Positions 10,054 to 22,965 of a DNA stretch of 64,000 nucleotides are shown piece by piece. Below the pieces are notes generated by a model that was not told the origin of the DNA, did not search any database, and worked only from the letters and a program-made list of their open reading frames with translations. The position numbers and the translations under genes were made by a program. This stretch comes from Botryllus schlosseri. Its lineage: Eukaryota. The DNA is taken from positions 2,852,001-2,916,000 of the forward strand of contig CM119375.1 in NCBI GenBank assembly GCA_051294905.1. The letters run 5' to 3'. How positions within the stretch are numbered: the first letter of the stretch is position 1; every line of letters begins with the position of its first letter.

Positions 10054-13000
10054 TCAATCACTATCAGAAGAATCGTTATGCTTCGATGCGGAAACCTTTT
10101 GCCTTTTTTTCTTCTTCCTACTGGGCGCTTCACTGTCGGAATCGCTGTTACTCCCGGAATCAGAATCGTCGATTTTAATAGTCGTAATTGCGGCGGACCT
10201 AGCCCTCAAATTGGTGGATACCGCGGCGGCGCGAGAGGCCGGCGCTTTCGCGCGTTTCCTGCCTTGCCGAAGCTCTTTGATCGGGATTTCGTCCTCGGAA
10301 TCCTCGATGACCAGGGAGAAGAGGTCGCTGAATTTGGCTTTGTCGGAATCGTCGCAATGGGTCTGAGAGAGAGGGAGAGATTCTTTAATGCGTGACAAAC
10401 AAACAGCTAGAGCTGGACAACTAGAAAATTTAGAGATTTCCAAATTAGATTAGAATTACAATTAGAGCTACAGTTTTTTCCAAATTTGATTAGAATTAGA
10501 ATTACTGAATTCGCGAAAACTTTAACATTGAATCAAGTTCAGTTTATATGACATCACAGTTCATTCTCGAGCATGAGAATAGCAGATATGTCTGTACACA
10601 ACAAGCTTGGGTCGCTTCACACTATTACAGTTCTCCTGTAGCATTTACAACTTGAAATTAGAGCATAGAAACATTTCACAAATTGGATTACATTACCATT
10701 TTGCAATCTAGAATACCTGCATCTCGCTTTGACCAATACTATGCTTTGTAGATAATAGACTTTGACATTTTCTTCATAGCTAAATGATAGAATTTCCCAC
10801 CGTAAATAGCCTACTATTTTTTTCAAATCCAAAAATTTCTACCCCAATAACTTCGCTTCTGTGGGTTAAAATTGAGCCAAACTTTACAGCATTTTCTTCA
10901 ATGCGACCTAACAATTTATGGTGTCCCTGGTGAAATTTGAAAAAAATATTTATAACAACGCTAGGGTGACAGTCTTTTAATATTATAATAGGCGGCAATC
11001 AAGAAATCGTTTTAAAATCTATCATACGGCATTTCATAAATTTTTTGAGGTGGCTAATTTAAAATAATAGGGCCCTGTGTAGTAGATAGATCTCTTAGCT
11101 AGGTTACTATTGACTGCCGAGGGATAGGTAGTTATTTCCAGTTGACGGGGATTCTGTATTTCCAGTTTGAGAGTGAACGCGTTACGGTTGTTCAAAACTA
11201 ACATTTTATTCTATTCGATAAAATTGTCAACTGCACACCAAATTTAGCTCAATTCCAACCAGTAGAAGGGGGAGCTATGGTGAGAAAATATTGAATATTT
11301 TCAATTTTGTTGTCAACGCCATGAAATTCTTTAGTTGTCTAAAGAGGATGACACATGTCAAATTTGGCTCATTTCCAACCAGAAGGCCTAGAAGCAAATT
11401 TATTGCAGTACAAAATTTTAGACTTGAGAAAAATAGCATTTATGGTGGAAAATTCTACTAATTGACAGTAAATAGGCCTACTATTATTTTAAAATCCAAA
11501 ATTTGTAACACAAATAACTTCGCTTCTACGGGTTGGAACTGAGCCAAACAGGGTGTGCACCAGTAAAATTTGAAGAAAAATGTTATTTCTGAACAATCCC
11601 AGTCAGCATCTTCAGCTGGTATAAAAAAAAGTCATCAACCACACAAGGCAGTAACTGTTTGAAAAATATTCGCATACCTGCACATTGGTGAGCGCAGCGA
11701 CGAGCGAATCCTGCTGAAACAGCCCGCACGATTTGGGCAAGTTGTTTTGCCGCAATTCCTCCAAATGCCCGAGCAGTTGCAACGTAGTCGGCTGCGCCGT
11801 GAACACAAAACCAGATTGCGAAGACCGCACGCTCTGCCTCAAACCTTTTCTAGGCGGCGTGTTTCTAGGCTTGCTTTTGTTGATCAGCGAGCAAAGCTGT
11901 TCGGTGAATTCCATTTCATGATGAATAACCCAGTTTCTCAGCAGCGACAAAGCAAAGTTGTCGTTCTCTCTACAAGGGCGCACTGTAACGTGTCTCAACA
12001 TGTCCAGAGTGGGTTTCTTACTTCTGAAGATTTGCAGAAACATAGATAATGCTTCCGGATGCTTTTTGTGCGACAAATTACCTAACAACGGAAGAGCAAC
12101 ATCTACAGGTATCTCATGAACCATAAAAAGCTGCCAAGTACTGTACTGCTCAAAAGTTTCCCATTTTAAACTCTCCATGAGTACGTTGAACACAGAATCT
12201 TTCTTCATCATAACCAATTCTCCGCTCATGACGAGACACTGCAATCTGTGTAGCTGTTCCGAATCAAGCACTGCTACGACCATGTTTAATAACTCAGCAT
12301 TGCCGACGCAGTGTTCTGGGAAACGCTTGAAAATATGCGGTACCAAATAGATCAACATGTTAATGTCATCGTCCTGACAATGCTTAGTGTCCATCATCAA
12401 ACAACTGTAAGTTTCCGCGAGCTGAGTGGATTGAGCAAAAGAATCATACACCATCCATTTTTCTTTAAGCACAGGACTGGATACCGCAAGATAAAACAAT
12501 AAATGGTATCCGAGACGATGTTGTAAAGTATACATTTCAGCTAGCAACGATAACAACACCCCAAAATAATCTTCCTCTTGACCTTGGCATAGTTTACGGA
12601 AAATAACATACAATGGTTGTTCAATGCATCCTGAGAGATATTCTTCGGAAAGATCGTCAGGCAGTGCAGATCGTGAGAAGTTATCCGAGAATAATTCCAC
12701 CAAGCAGGACGCCAACGGAGTGCAAAGGTCGTTATCGAACTCATCTAGAGATGATAAATGATCGATAATGTCTTCGACACGTTCACATTTCTCTTCCATA
12801 TCGTTTTGAGTAGAAGTCTGCATCTGAGTCACTAAAACTTTTAGAGTTTCGTCAAGTTTTTCGATATCGTCCGAAATATCACGCGGTTCCCACTCGGGAG
12901 AGTCACGTAACGAGAAGAAATTCAAGTCAGGGCGTTTGTTGGAATCTTCCTCATCGTCGCTGAATATCGCGATAGTTTCTTGGCTCAAAGTCTCGATTTC

Positions 13001-14539
13001 AGAGCCTTCATTCATGTTTTTATCGTAATATTGTTCGTCTTCAATAACCATAGGCTCTTCACCAATTACGTCCTCAGTATGGACAGCATCTGTAGCGATT
13101 GGTTTGCCTTCAACGGGCTGTGAGCAAAACTCAGGAAACGTGGTACGAATCAAACTCAACAATTCAGGGTCAAATTTCGGGTTTTCGAACACAGGTGCTA
13201 ACGTTGCGAGGACACGTTTTTCTAGAATAGTACGCAGTGCCGTCGACACTCCGCTGCGTAGTTTTTCAAACATGGGGGGGTGGAAATTTTTGACGATTCT
13301 GCACAAAAAGTCTAAAAGCGTCGTAGTAATCGCCGGGTGATTCCGTAAACTATTGTACATCACTAATATCCCAGCTTCCACGTCCATCACTGAATTTGTT
13401 TCAGGAGTGAAGAATAACCAGTCCCAAAACAATGCTAGATAACAATACGATGACGCAACTCTCGATGTACAAGTGGACAGAAGCCAGCCAATGACGGCCC
13501 ACCGTGGAATGATATCAGAACACAGAATTTCGTTTGTAGGATGGATGCAGCCGCATATAAATCTAATCAAGTCACCTCGCAGCAATTGACTTTCAGCCGT
13601 TGACAGATACTGCTTCTGAAACCAATCTTGGTAACGTTTTTGATGTCCGAATCTGACTTTGCATACTAAATGAGAAAACTTCATTTCCATATCAGAAGTT
13701 AATCGTGACGCTAAAAATTTCCTCGACGTTCGCACTTGTACGAGTGACAAAATTCCGTTGAAGTTCGGAGCCAAAGACTGCGGTTTGTGGATTAAGTCAG
13801 CCCAAAACTTCTCAAACTCGGGAATTTTAGCGACGCCCATTAGAAGTCGCACTAAATCGCGTCCGATAGCCCGGCATTCGTTGAAATGTTCTCGTAACAT
13901 TGTCACGCAGAATTTAACTTCTTTTTGTCTTACAGACGCGAGGCTTTGATGAAAATGATCTTGAATTATTCGTAAGTATGTGTAAATTGTAATCTGTATC
14001 AGAACTGGCGATTTGTCAACCCAGGTTTTGTGGATCGTGAAAATGTCGATGATGTTTTCTGCCAGCCAGATATTTTTGGGAGATGTGTCGCCGCCGACAA
14101 TCTGCTTCATCAACGCCATGAAGAGACCATCCGTACCTTGAATGTTCAGCTTGATTAATTCGTTCATAAACCACAATATTTGTGCTCTGATACTGTCTTC
14201 GACTTTTGTGAATTTTTCGTGTATTATCTGGTTGAGGCGCGCCAAAACGGAGCCGAGACTATCACGGTTAACGTACATCAAATCCTGAATAGCTTTTGCG
14301 CTGATTTGTCTGTCTGTTAGCACCATTCCAAACAGTCCTAAACATACTTCTTCATGCTCAGAAGCACCTTTTGAGACTTCTTTCATGAGTACATCATGTC
14401 TTTCACGATCTGAAGCGTGCGGTGGTAGTAGAAGAGATATTTTCTGAAAGCAGTGGTCCAGTCTTTCTTCGATATCGTCTTTTGCGTCAATGGGTGTTGA
14501 CGTGAATATTTTCAAAGTCTTGGAGTGTTGCTCGGCCAT
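10054..14539 (-). CDS. INTS3: Integrator complex subunit 3 (SOSS-A), 2 coding exons: 14539-11678 and 10362-10054, about 1056 aa
   Basis: Recognisable INTS3 blocks (RFGHQKRYQDWFQKQYLST..DLIRFICGCIHPTNEILCSDIIPRWAVIGWLL; LKWETFEQYSTWQL). Phase-0 donor CAG|GTATGC at 11677 and acceptor ctctctcag| at 10363 join ..LTNVQ to THCDDSDKAKFSDLFSL, resembling the vertebrate INTS3 C-terminus (KFSDLFSL, acidic/basic tail ending SDSD). Confidence 0.95.
10408..10741. mobile_element. MITE (AGAGCTGGACAA-ended, hAT-like) in the INTS3 intron
   Basis: Colinear homology over about 330 bp with 54140-54500; imperfect TIR tagagctggacaa/ttgaccaatacta. Confidence 0.7.
10795..11600. repeat. Two diverged direct copies of an unclassified repeat in the INTS3 intron
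   Basis: aatag(g)cctactatt..aaatccaaaa..aataacttcgcttct.gggtt..aa.tgagccaaac occurs at about 10805 and about 11470. Confidence 0.6.
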
Positions 14540-15847
14540 GCTTGTAGCCTTAGTTCAATCGGAGAGTCACGCTCGAACAGATCACAATACTGCAGATTTC
14601 GACAATGAAACCGACTGTCGAAATTTAACAGCAACCAGGCAATCAGTGTTGCCACCCGAGGTTCGTCACAAAACACTATAAGATTGGCCAACTGAATTAC
14701 ACTAAATCAACAAAAAATACACTAGTTATAGGAAATGTTGGCGAAAACTATGGACTAAATCTATCGTAAACTATAGGAGGCCGGGGAATGCATTGATTAA
14801 GGTTAAGGTAACGAGAAGACTCGGCAAATGACAAATTTATCATCATATATAGCCTACCTTTTCTACAATCGTTTGACTTCAAACCATACCGTAGTGACAA
14901 TATTTTATCTACAACCACAAGTCACAAAGCTTCACGCACGCATAGCGTAGGGCTCCGTAGCATAGTTAGGCAAAAATTGAAAATAAATCTTGCGAATACA
15001 ATATCCTATCCATTACATTCAAGACAAAGGAGGGATAGCCCCTATTTAGCTCCGGAATGAAGCTACTACGATGAATTAGAAAACACACCAAAAAGGTGGG
15101 AATGCTGCCTGTAAATTTCGGCTTTATGACTTCATTCATATTCGTGACGTCACAACATAATTAAATATCATCCCTAAAAAATTTACCTCAAAAAACACTA
15201 TTTTTACCGTATTTTGAAGACATCAAAACGGTAAATCTAATGTCAAAACACTATATTTACTATTAAGAAGTGGCAAGTCGCAACACTGCAGGCGAGACTA
15301 TAGATTACTAATCTATAGCGAGACAATGCACGAGAGCGAACTCTTGCGGCCCCGAAAAACTAAAGTGTCATGTGCGGCAAACGCGTGAGGTTTAGCCGAT
15401 CACTAATCTCCAACCACGGTCTTCGTGTTTGCACATTGTAACTGGCTTTACAATTTCCTGCGTGTGAATGTGGAGCCCGCACCAACGAATAGGTTTTAAA
15501 TTCACTCTCCTCGAAACTGAGATCACGGGTGTTTATATAGCTCAGTGGTTTCTACACGCACAGCCGGATTCACGTCAGAAAACTGAGAAAACGAAAATTA
15601 TGTCGCGGACTTTTGGTACCGACAGCGGAGCCCATATTCATACCAAATTTTATCGATATTCGCCTGCCTACTTTACAACGTTGAAAGTGTGAATCGAGGC
15701 GCCAACGCCCCCCTTGGGGGCCTTCGCGAGAGCGAAGGGGGCGCTGGTCATGATATGGGCGATTGGGTGGCTTGGCTATAAAATTAGGCGGTAGGGGGCG
15801 GTGTCAGTCTAGATTAGGAAAAGGACGTAGTTCATTTTTGTCCTTGA

Positions 15848-16143
15848 TGATTTTTTGCGGCATATACACCGACTCATGATACACATACACACGATCTGTG
15901 CATATGCATACCATGAGTGCATGATGTGCATATGCCGCTGGACAAGGAAGTGCAGATATAGCCTTTACGGCTTTCTAAGTCATGCACCACCCCTCCATAC
16001 TATCCCAGTAATACATGAGCGCCAAGCAGGGAAGTCATGGATACCAGTGTTACTAATCAGGTCTTTGGTCTGACCCGGCCGGGGATCGAACCCACGACCT
16101 ACCGATCAAGAAGCCGGACGCATCGCCATTACGCTATCTTTTC
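15848..16143 (-). mobile_element. tRNA-derived SINE with conserved central domain (Meta-domain-like)
   Basis: Reverse complement gives the A-box TAGCGTAATGG, B-box GGTTCGATCCC, then CCGGCCGGGTCAGACCAAAGAC..GGTATCC..CCTGCTTGGCGCTCA..GGATAGTATGGAG. Same core as the 22725 copy. Confidence 0.75.
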
Positions 16144-19100
16144 GGTTCGATTAGAACGCAACTGCTGCGTAAAGTGTTGAAACGATTACAGCTAGATTCG
16201 CAGTAAAATGCATATTCGATTCAGTAAGGGCAATTTAGGGTCGTCCGTCTATTTATTCAGCTGTACCGGAAAATTCCATGGTTACTTGACAATGTTGTTC
16301 CTGCTCAGTGCTCATCAATGGCAGCATCCCCGAAAAGCGTGGTTCGTTGTGTGCTGTGAGAACTACGAGGTGTATATTAGCAGTTATTACTCACTGCAAG
16401 GTGTTATGGCTTTTCAAGAGAATCTGTCTTGCTTGATTTTATTCTCTGTTTCAAACGATCTTGGATTTTCCACAGCGCTGCGACCGTGACTTCGACACGG
16501 CGTGCTGGTTCCAGAAACGACATCGCCCCTACTTGACGGGCGTATTTTCCAATATTTATGAGTAGAATATATCCGTTTTACACCTACTAAAGGTGAACAT
16601 GGCACTGTCCGGATTAAGGGATGATAATAATTTCACCGAAATTTTACGACACGTCAGCTGTTCCAATTCTCAAGTTTGCATTAGCTACCGGTCCAGCTCG
16701 AATACCCGATTTTAATGGAGAAACATCGGAGCTTGTGCACGATCTGCCCTAAGTCAACGGTATTTCGTCCCGGCGCTCATGCGAAATCTGCCGTGTCATA
16801 AACGGAAAATTATTAATGGGCACACTGCTTTTTACCGGGTGGAAATTACATTAACCTGTCTGCTTTTAAGGCAGAAATGGGAAATAAAGGTGTTAATGCT
16901 ACTTCAGTAGTTCTATAAAATCGAGCCCCGTGAATTTATGTTATTTGTTACAAATACCGGTATATAATATGTAAATATGTTTGAAGGCGAACTATAATGT
17001 GACACAATTAGGAAAAGGATTGATAAACGAGTCGAAATAGAAGTGGGAAAAACCGTGGCGTTACGGTTACTATAACCAAACGATCATCAGTTGGGGACCC
17101 GTAATTCTAGGATTTAGTTACGCTGATGAATGCATAGCGACTATGGCTAACTGGCCCTATATAAAATACGAACTGCTGTGTATGTTTTGAGATATCACGG
17201 ATTATTATCAAAATCTACGGACTGCTCAAAATGTTGAATAACGATGCAACACAAAGCGTTTATATAGAACTGTTTTATTTGTTAAAACCAAAAGTGAAAT
17301 TAAATTGAGGTTGATGACATCACAAACTAGAAAATACATCATCAAGTTAAATGCCCGAGTGATGCGATGAGGAAGTTAGCTGAATTTAAATACCGGAAGC
17401 TTGGACATATGGCCAGATGTTGATCGTCACACATATAGGATAATACGTTAGTCGCCGTCATTATTGTATTAGCGCGGATCTAAACAGGACGGTGATTCCA
17501 GACCTTTTTGGATTCGAGAAATAGGATAGTGTTAGCGGATATCAGAAGTATATAGTCGGATCTTAAAATGCAAATGTAATGATAACAAATGAACCGTATT
17601 TTGCCAGTAGAAGCATCATGCGAGCAAGATTAGTTGTATTAATTGTAAAGATGTTGTTGACTAGTGTCAGAATGTAGTAAAAAGTGGAAGATTTGAAATT
17701 GAGCATATTTCGGAAATGAATAAAATATGTCTTTATAGTACTAGGAGCTCATAATGGATAAGGATCGAGTATCTAGATATAGGCTAATCAAAAATAAATA
17801 TTTATCAAAAGTGTATAGTTGTAGTAAGCAGTCTTGACGCATTGTATTAATGTTTAAATGTCATTTTGTTAGAAAAATCCACGTTGAGCTGAGATATCGA
17901 AATAACATAATGCTTGTGAACCGAGTTATCAGACTCTGTTTTATGGTGTCTTTATATGACCCTTTTAAAGCAATATAGTGTCAATTTGTGTCAAGTAATA
18001 GTGGCTACTCGTCCTGTATTATTATTCGCAATTTGTAAACAATTATGAATCGTATATTCGCCTATATGGTGAAGTACTAATTTTAATGTATAGCCTGTAA
18101 TGCATTATATTTCGTATTTCTTGACTTACTTATTTTGCACTCCAAAGATTAAATTGGAGATGAGGCACGGTAATTTGAGGGTATGGCGTAATTTTATGTT
18201 TGAACTGATGCTTGTATGCTTTACTGCATTAATTGAATATCCGTAGTATGCCGATATTAGGAACAAGCATGCCTTTAAAATTAGGACGACATATCTGTTA
18301 GCGATAGCCGTGTAGATTATGGATTACTGTTTATGTATATGTACACTCTACAGCTTTCGTTTAAGTTGAAAGTAACTACCACGGCGGCCCATATGACGCC
18401 ATTAATCACACATGTGTTGTTGTTAAACAACAGAGGTGTGATTACCCACCAATAATCCTTATAAGGAAACATTATCTAATGTTCTCTGGGAATAGTGTCA
18501 GTATTATAGCCCAGAAAATACTTACGACACAGTATATAAGGCCGTAGGCAGATAACTTCTTGAAGAAGGTCATTAACAAAATTAGGTGATCGTTTTGGTC
18601 ATCTAACTACCCATAGGTAGGTGATTAGTGAAAACCACCCTACATAGAACCCAAATCTGACACGCTCGTTATGCGTAACAAAGGTGTCTGAAGCGAATGC
18701 GAAGGATTAGCGTATGGAGGCTAATCCCGGTTTATCTGTAATTGTTATGTACAATACATGCAAATATTAAGTTGCTTTATAATGATGGTTCCACCATTTT
18801 CGGTGTCTGCGAACTTTTACAGTGAAAAGGCGTTACAGTGAATTGGCGATATATCTACTGCGTATGTATTATATATTATGCGCCATATTATATCCACACC
18901 ATGTTGCGTCACCCTAGAAAAATGGTTAATAAAGTCAAGCCAAATCCTTTAGAAGTAAAGTGATTTATTGCATTTTTGGGATCAATGTATATTGAAAATT
19001 GTGTGATTTTGTGTGAAGTATTTAGTATGCGTTATAACTAGTCCACGCACCAGCGACTAGGACCCCTACACTTGCGTGAGGTTAGACGGTTATAAAACCA

Positions 19101-19774
19101 AGACAATTTGCTTGGGAGAACTGTCATAAAATTAGATAAGTAACACCCTAGTGTATTCGAGATTATACAAATACACAAAAATCTTGATCAGCCTTAAACG
19201 ATAATATGAAGATGTAACAACAACAAGCCCTTCACGAGAATGCTTTGGCCCTGGGTCAATTGAATACATGAAATAGAGTATAGGATACGTGGAATTACTG
19301 TTGAAAAATGGTCTTAATCGCATATGTGTTGAATTGCACGATTTTAGAAAACTTTAGTAACAGTTGGATGCATTTTACGAATGTTTGTTGCTATGGTAAC
19401 ATTGCTACTTGAATGTAAAGTATAATATTGGAGTATTTGGTTGTATTAAGGTACCAAGGTCAAGTACGTACCAATTTGCTATCTAAGACTGGACCCTAAG
19501 GTCATTGAAAGTTCAATACACTTCGAAGACTGCTCCCCCTGCAACAGTGATTTACCAAATTGAATTACAAGCAAAAGAACCAGGCAAAAAAAACAATATC
19601 TTCCTACTAACAAGATTGGAGGCAAGATATTTCTAATAACACATATGGAGGCACCCGACGGAATTGTAATTAAAGGCGCCTGAGTGGGGAGGTGAGGGGT
19701 AATCAATCATGAAGTTATTTTGGCTATGAAAACGTAACGAGGACACTCGCACCCTTCGCAAAAACACCCAACTG

Positions 19775-20500
19775 ATGAAGACCACTCAACAACGACAGCT
19801 AACGACTCGGGCTAATGAAGGTCAGGTGACAGCACGTGTCCAGCATCAAGCAAAATTCGTGAAAAAGGTGACGTCTATTCTACACAAGACGGCAAAACTG
19901 TTCAAAAAAGCCAAAAGAGACGTGAAACAAGCGAGAACTTATTTGACTACCGTCCGGAAAGTGAGTACCAAAAATACTGCCGATTCGCTTGAACCAGTGT
20001 TAAGGAGCCAAGCAAAATCTGGAGTGGCCAGAAGTGAAATTACAGGCCGAGTTTCAAGTCCGTTAGAAATGCAGACGCGGACAAAAGTCGAACCAGCGGT
20101 ACCTCTTCGAGCGTACGGGTTCCTTCAGTCGTCGCCCGGAGTCACAGAAGATATGCAGTTGGAATCTGGAAATCGCCCGACACCACGGTCAATGACAGAA
20201 AGAGTATCGCTCAATGCGAACGCAGATCATTATATTGCACAGGAGACTTTCTTAACGCCCCTCGATCGAGAGAAGGTGCCACAGGTATTATTACCTTCTC
20301 AGCGTCCAAAAATGATCGATAAAAAACAATTTCGTTCTGCGGAAGAAGCAATATTGATATCACCCAGTAATAGGCTGATTATTTGGTGCATGATAGCTGT
20401 TTTCCGATACATGTTACATGTCGATACAGTAGCTGATAGCATTTTAGAAAATGTCGTAGGCCTACATTGTCCACTGCTGATGCCCATGAAGTCGATATAA
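19775..20500 (+). CDS. Orphan 241-aa ORF (basic N-terminal helix, S/T/P/R-rich middle, hydrophobic C-terminal stretch); coding status unproven
   Basis: Longest unexplained ORF in the window and appears more GC-rich than its flanks; no recognisable domain. Confidence 0.35.
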   Translation: MKTTQQRQLTTRANEGQVTARVQHQAKFVKKVTSILHKTAKLFKKAKRDVKQARTYLTTVRKVSTKNTADSLEPVLRSQAKSGVARSEITGRVSSPLEMQTRTKVEPAVPLRAYGFLQSSPGVTEDMQLESGNRPTPRSMTERVSLNANADHYIAQETFLTPLDREKVPQVLLPSQRPKMIDKKQFRSAEEAILISPSNRLIIWCMIAVFRYMLHVDTVADSILENVVGLHCPLLMPMKSI

Positions 20501-22724
20501 AGGCGCATCAACAATTATTATCTTCAATTCTATTTAGTTTGCCCGGATAACTTGATTAGATAGAGGAAATAAATTTTACGCTGGTCAAAGTAGTCAGCGT
20601 TGATACTCAAGTAGAAGTAGAAATAACGTTGTATATGTCTGCATGTATGAAAAACCTATTTGAGTAGTATTCTGGGATAGTAGACTATTTCCTTATTGAA
20701 CACTGAACAGCTATGATTCGAGTCGACTAAGTCATTAAGTGGAGAGTTCATGAATTTACTCGATGGAAATACAAAATTGAAGTTTTGGCAGATAATTATC
20801 CGATCGTAGTGGAAATTAGCTTTGTACACGGGTAATTGGCTACATCGACAATCATTATATAAAGGTGGATCGTCTCGTGAAAATACGGCAATGTGCAGAC
20901 AAAGTGCTCATGACGCTTTGAATCTGATCTAATGATAAAATGCAATTGTTGGTAAACAATGAATTGGTGCATTTCGGAAGTATAATTTCCCATCCATTAC
21001 GTGTTCCGTGGGCGGATACGAGTTGAACAATTGGATATTTGACAATGGCTGCACAACATGCTAATATTGGAAACAGCATTCGCGAAGTTGATTTGAATAT
21101 TAGGTCGTTATATGTCATGTGTTATATTTTAAGTCGCACACGTGCCATCCTCTCGAAAGCGCCATTAGGATACGCGCTAACAAATGTGATGATGAAAATG
21201 AGTTCGAGGGCAAGCACGGAATTTGGGCACATCCATTGTGGGATGTGAGTGCGATAGGTCTGGAAGTTTTAGGATGCAAGTTCTTTCAGACCAGAGGCCA
21301 TACAGTGACTGTAGAGGCAGGCATGCCTCGATTACCTAAGGTAGGTAATCTCGCCTCATCCATAACGACAAGTAGGCAGCCAAATTATTTTCCTCGTGAT
21401 TCGACAAAGTCTCGTGTTTCGGAGCGCGCGTTGGATGGGGATAGAACAACTGAATGCAGCGATGAAGCCAATAACCGAGTTTCACAATTAAACAAAAGCA
21501 GAATGTATTAGGTAATATAAAAAATAGCCTACCCTTTTAAAAAGTTGGAGGAGAGTTATGACCGTCTAGGTAGGTCATGCGATAGGACAAACGTCTGAAT
21601 AGGATCGCTATAAACGTAATGCGATTTGCTATAAAATGACGTAACTCGCAAATGCTCTATGCACCCAGATTAAAGGGTGAATTGATAGGAATGTATCGTC
21701 GATATATTTAGTTCACTGCTAAACGTGAAGACAAATATAATAGCTATGCTCGAATTGGGATTATATAGTCAATTCCCGATCCATAAGTGATTTGGCGCTA
21801 GGGATTAATCACAGTGTATTATTAAAATTGATGGAATAAAGTCATTTATTGTATGGTTATATAGTACCGTGTATCCATGTATATAGTATATAGCGAAGAA
21901 CGCAAAATAGAGTTTCTGAACGTCCTATTATTGTATATAATGGTAAATATGAATTGACTATCTGAGTAGCATAATGCCGCAACCTGTTAGTGTATAATTT
22001 AGATCTGCAAAGCGAAAATTGGCGCAATTCTGATGCCCTGGAGATTGGCTAATATTCGATGGATTGTTAATCTAAAATGAGGGAAGCTCTTGTGAAAAAA
22101 TATCCATATGCTCGGTGATTAACAGTCGGAAATATGAATCATATGAAGCTGCGATCATGCATGAGATCATGCGATCATTTGCATCACACCGTCGTCATAG
22201 GTTATAGTGCGCCCCGTGACAACAGATATGCGGGCGGAAAATGCACATACTCCTATGTCCTTGGCCTTGCATTTCTATGAGTTACGTTGCATCGTGCATT
22301 AGCCCCTACATCAATCAATCATCTCACAAAATTACACGAGGATGGTGATTTGGTTCCAGGATATACTCCAATTAGAAATTCCTCACCGGATAATCGATCC
22401 ATTCTGTGAAGTGTCCGGGCATGAAATGTTTGAGGAGTTAATTACATTGTAGGGGAGTATAATTTTGAGTTCAACACAAAGTTCAATATCTCCAATCAAT
22501 CGTCCTGGATACACAATTGAATAAAAAAAGAAACATTTTAACTGGAGTCGGGCTCGCTTATTCGTCGTTGCCCTTCCCCGCTCATATTTGATAGAACGCG
22601 TTTTCAGTGTAATGACAAAGTTTCTGACTCACAGCAGAAACCGACTTGTCAGTAGGCCGACATGAAGTGGATACTGGAGACTTTAGACCGATATGGTTGC
22701 TATCAAAACTCAAACCCAATATGA

Positions 22725-22947
22725 CGAGGATGGTAATAGTGGAGATAGTGCGTCCGGCTTTTCGATCCCCGGCCGGGTCATACAAACGACTGGAAAATTG
22801 GTATCCGCAGCTATCCTGCTAGCCGCTCAGCAATCACGGATAGCATGGAGGAGAAAAAAACGGGGGCGCAGACTAGATGACCTCACGGTCGTATCGCAAC
22901 TCCGTCGTCAAAGCATCTCGATGGTGCAGGCGAAAAAGAATATCATA
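22725..22947 (+). mobile_element. tRNA-derived SINE, same family as 15848-16143 (head partly deleted)
   Basis: TTCGATCCCCGGCCGGGTCA is identical over 20 nt to the other copy, followed by GGTATCC..CCTGCT..GCTCA..GGATAGCATGGAG; ends at a (TC)9 tract. Confidence 0.7.
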
Positions 22948-22965
22948 TCTCTCTCTCTCTCTCTC
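22948..22965. repeat. (TC)9 microsatellite
   Basis: Read directly from the sequence. Confidence 0.95.

Noticed and set aside
9923-10395. Plus-strand ORFs of 147 and 128 aa
   Set aside because: Antisense shadows of the GC-rich, low-complexity last INTS3 exon.
11612-11677. C-terminus VCEYF..FYTS of the 975-aa ORF
   Set aside because: Read-through into the intron after the CAG|GTATGC donor; the real C-terminus is exon 10362-10054.
1-14539. Polycistronic operon of co-oriented INTS3 and Kelch genes
   Set aside because: Intergenic gaps are 3.6-4.2 kb and filled with TEs, whereas ascidian operons have essentially no spacer.
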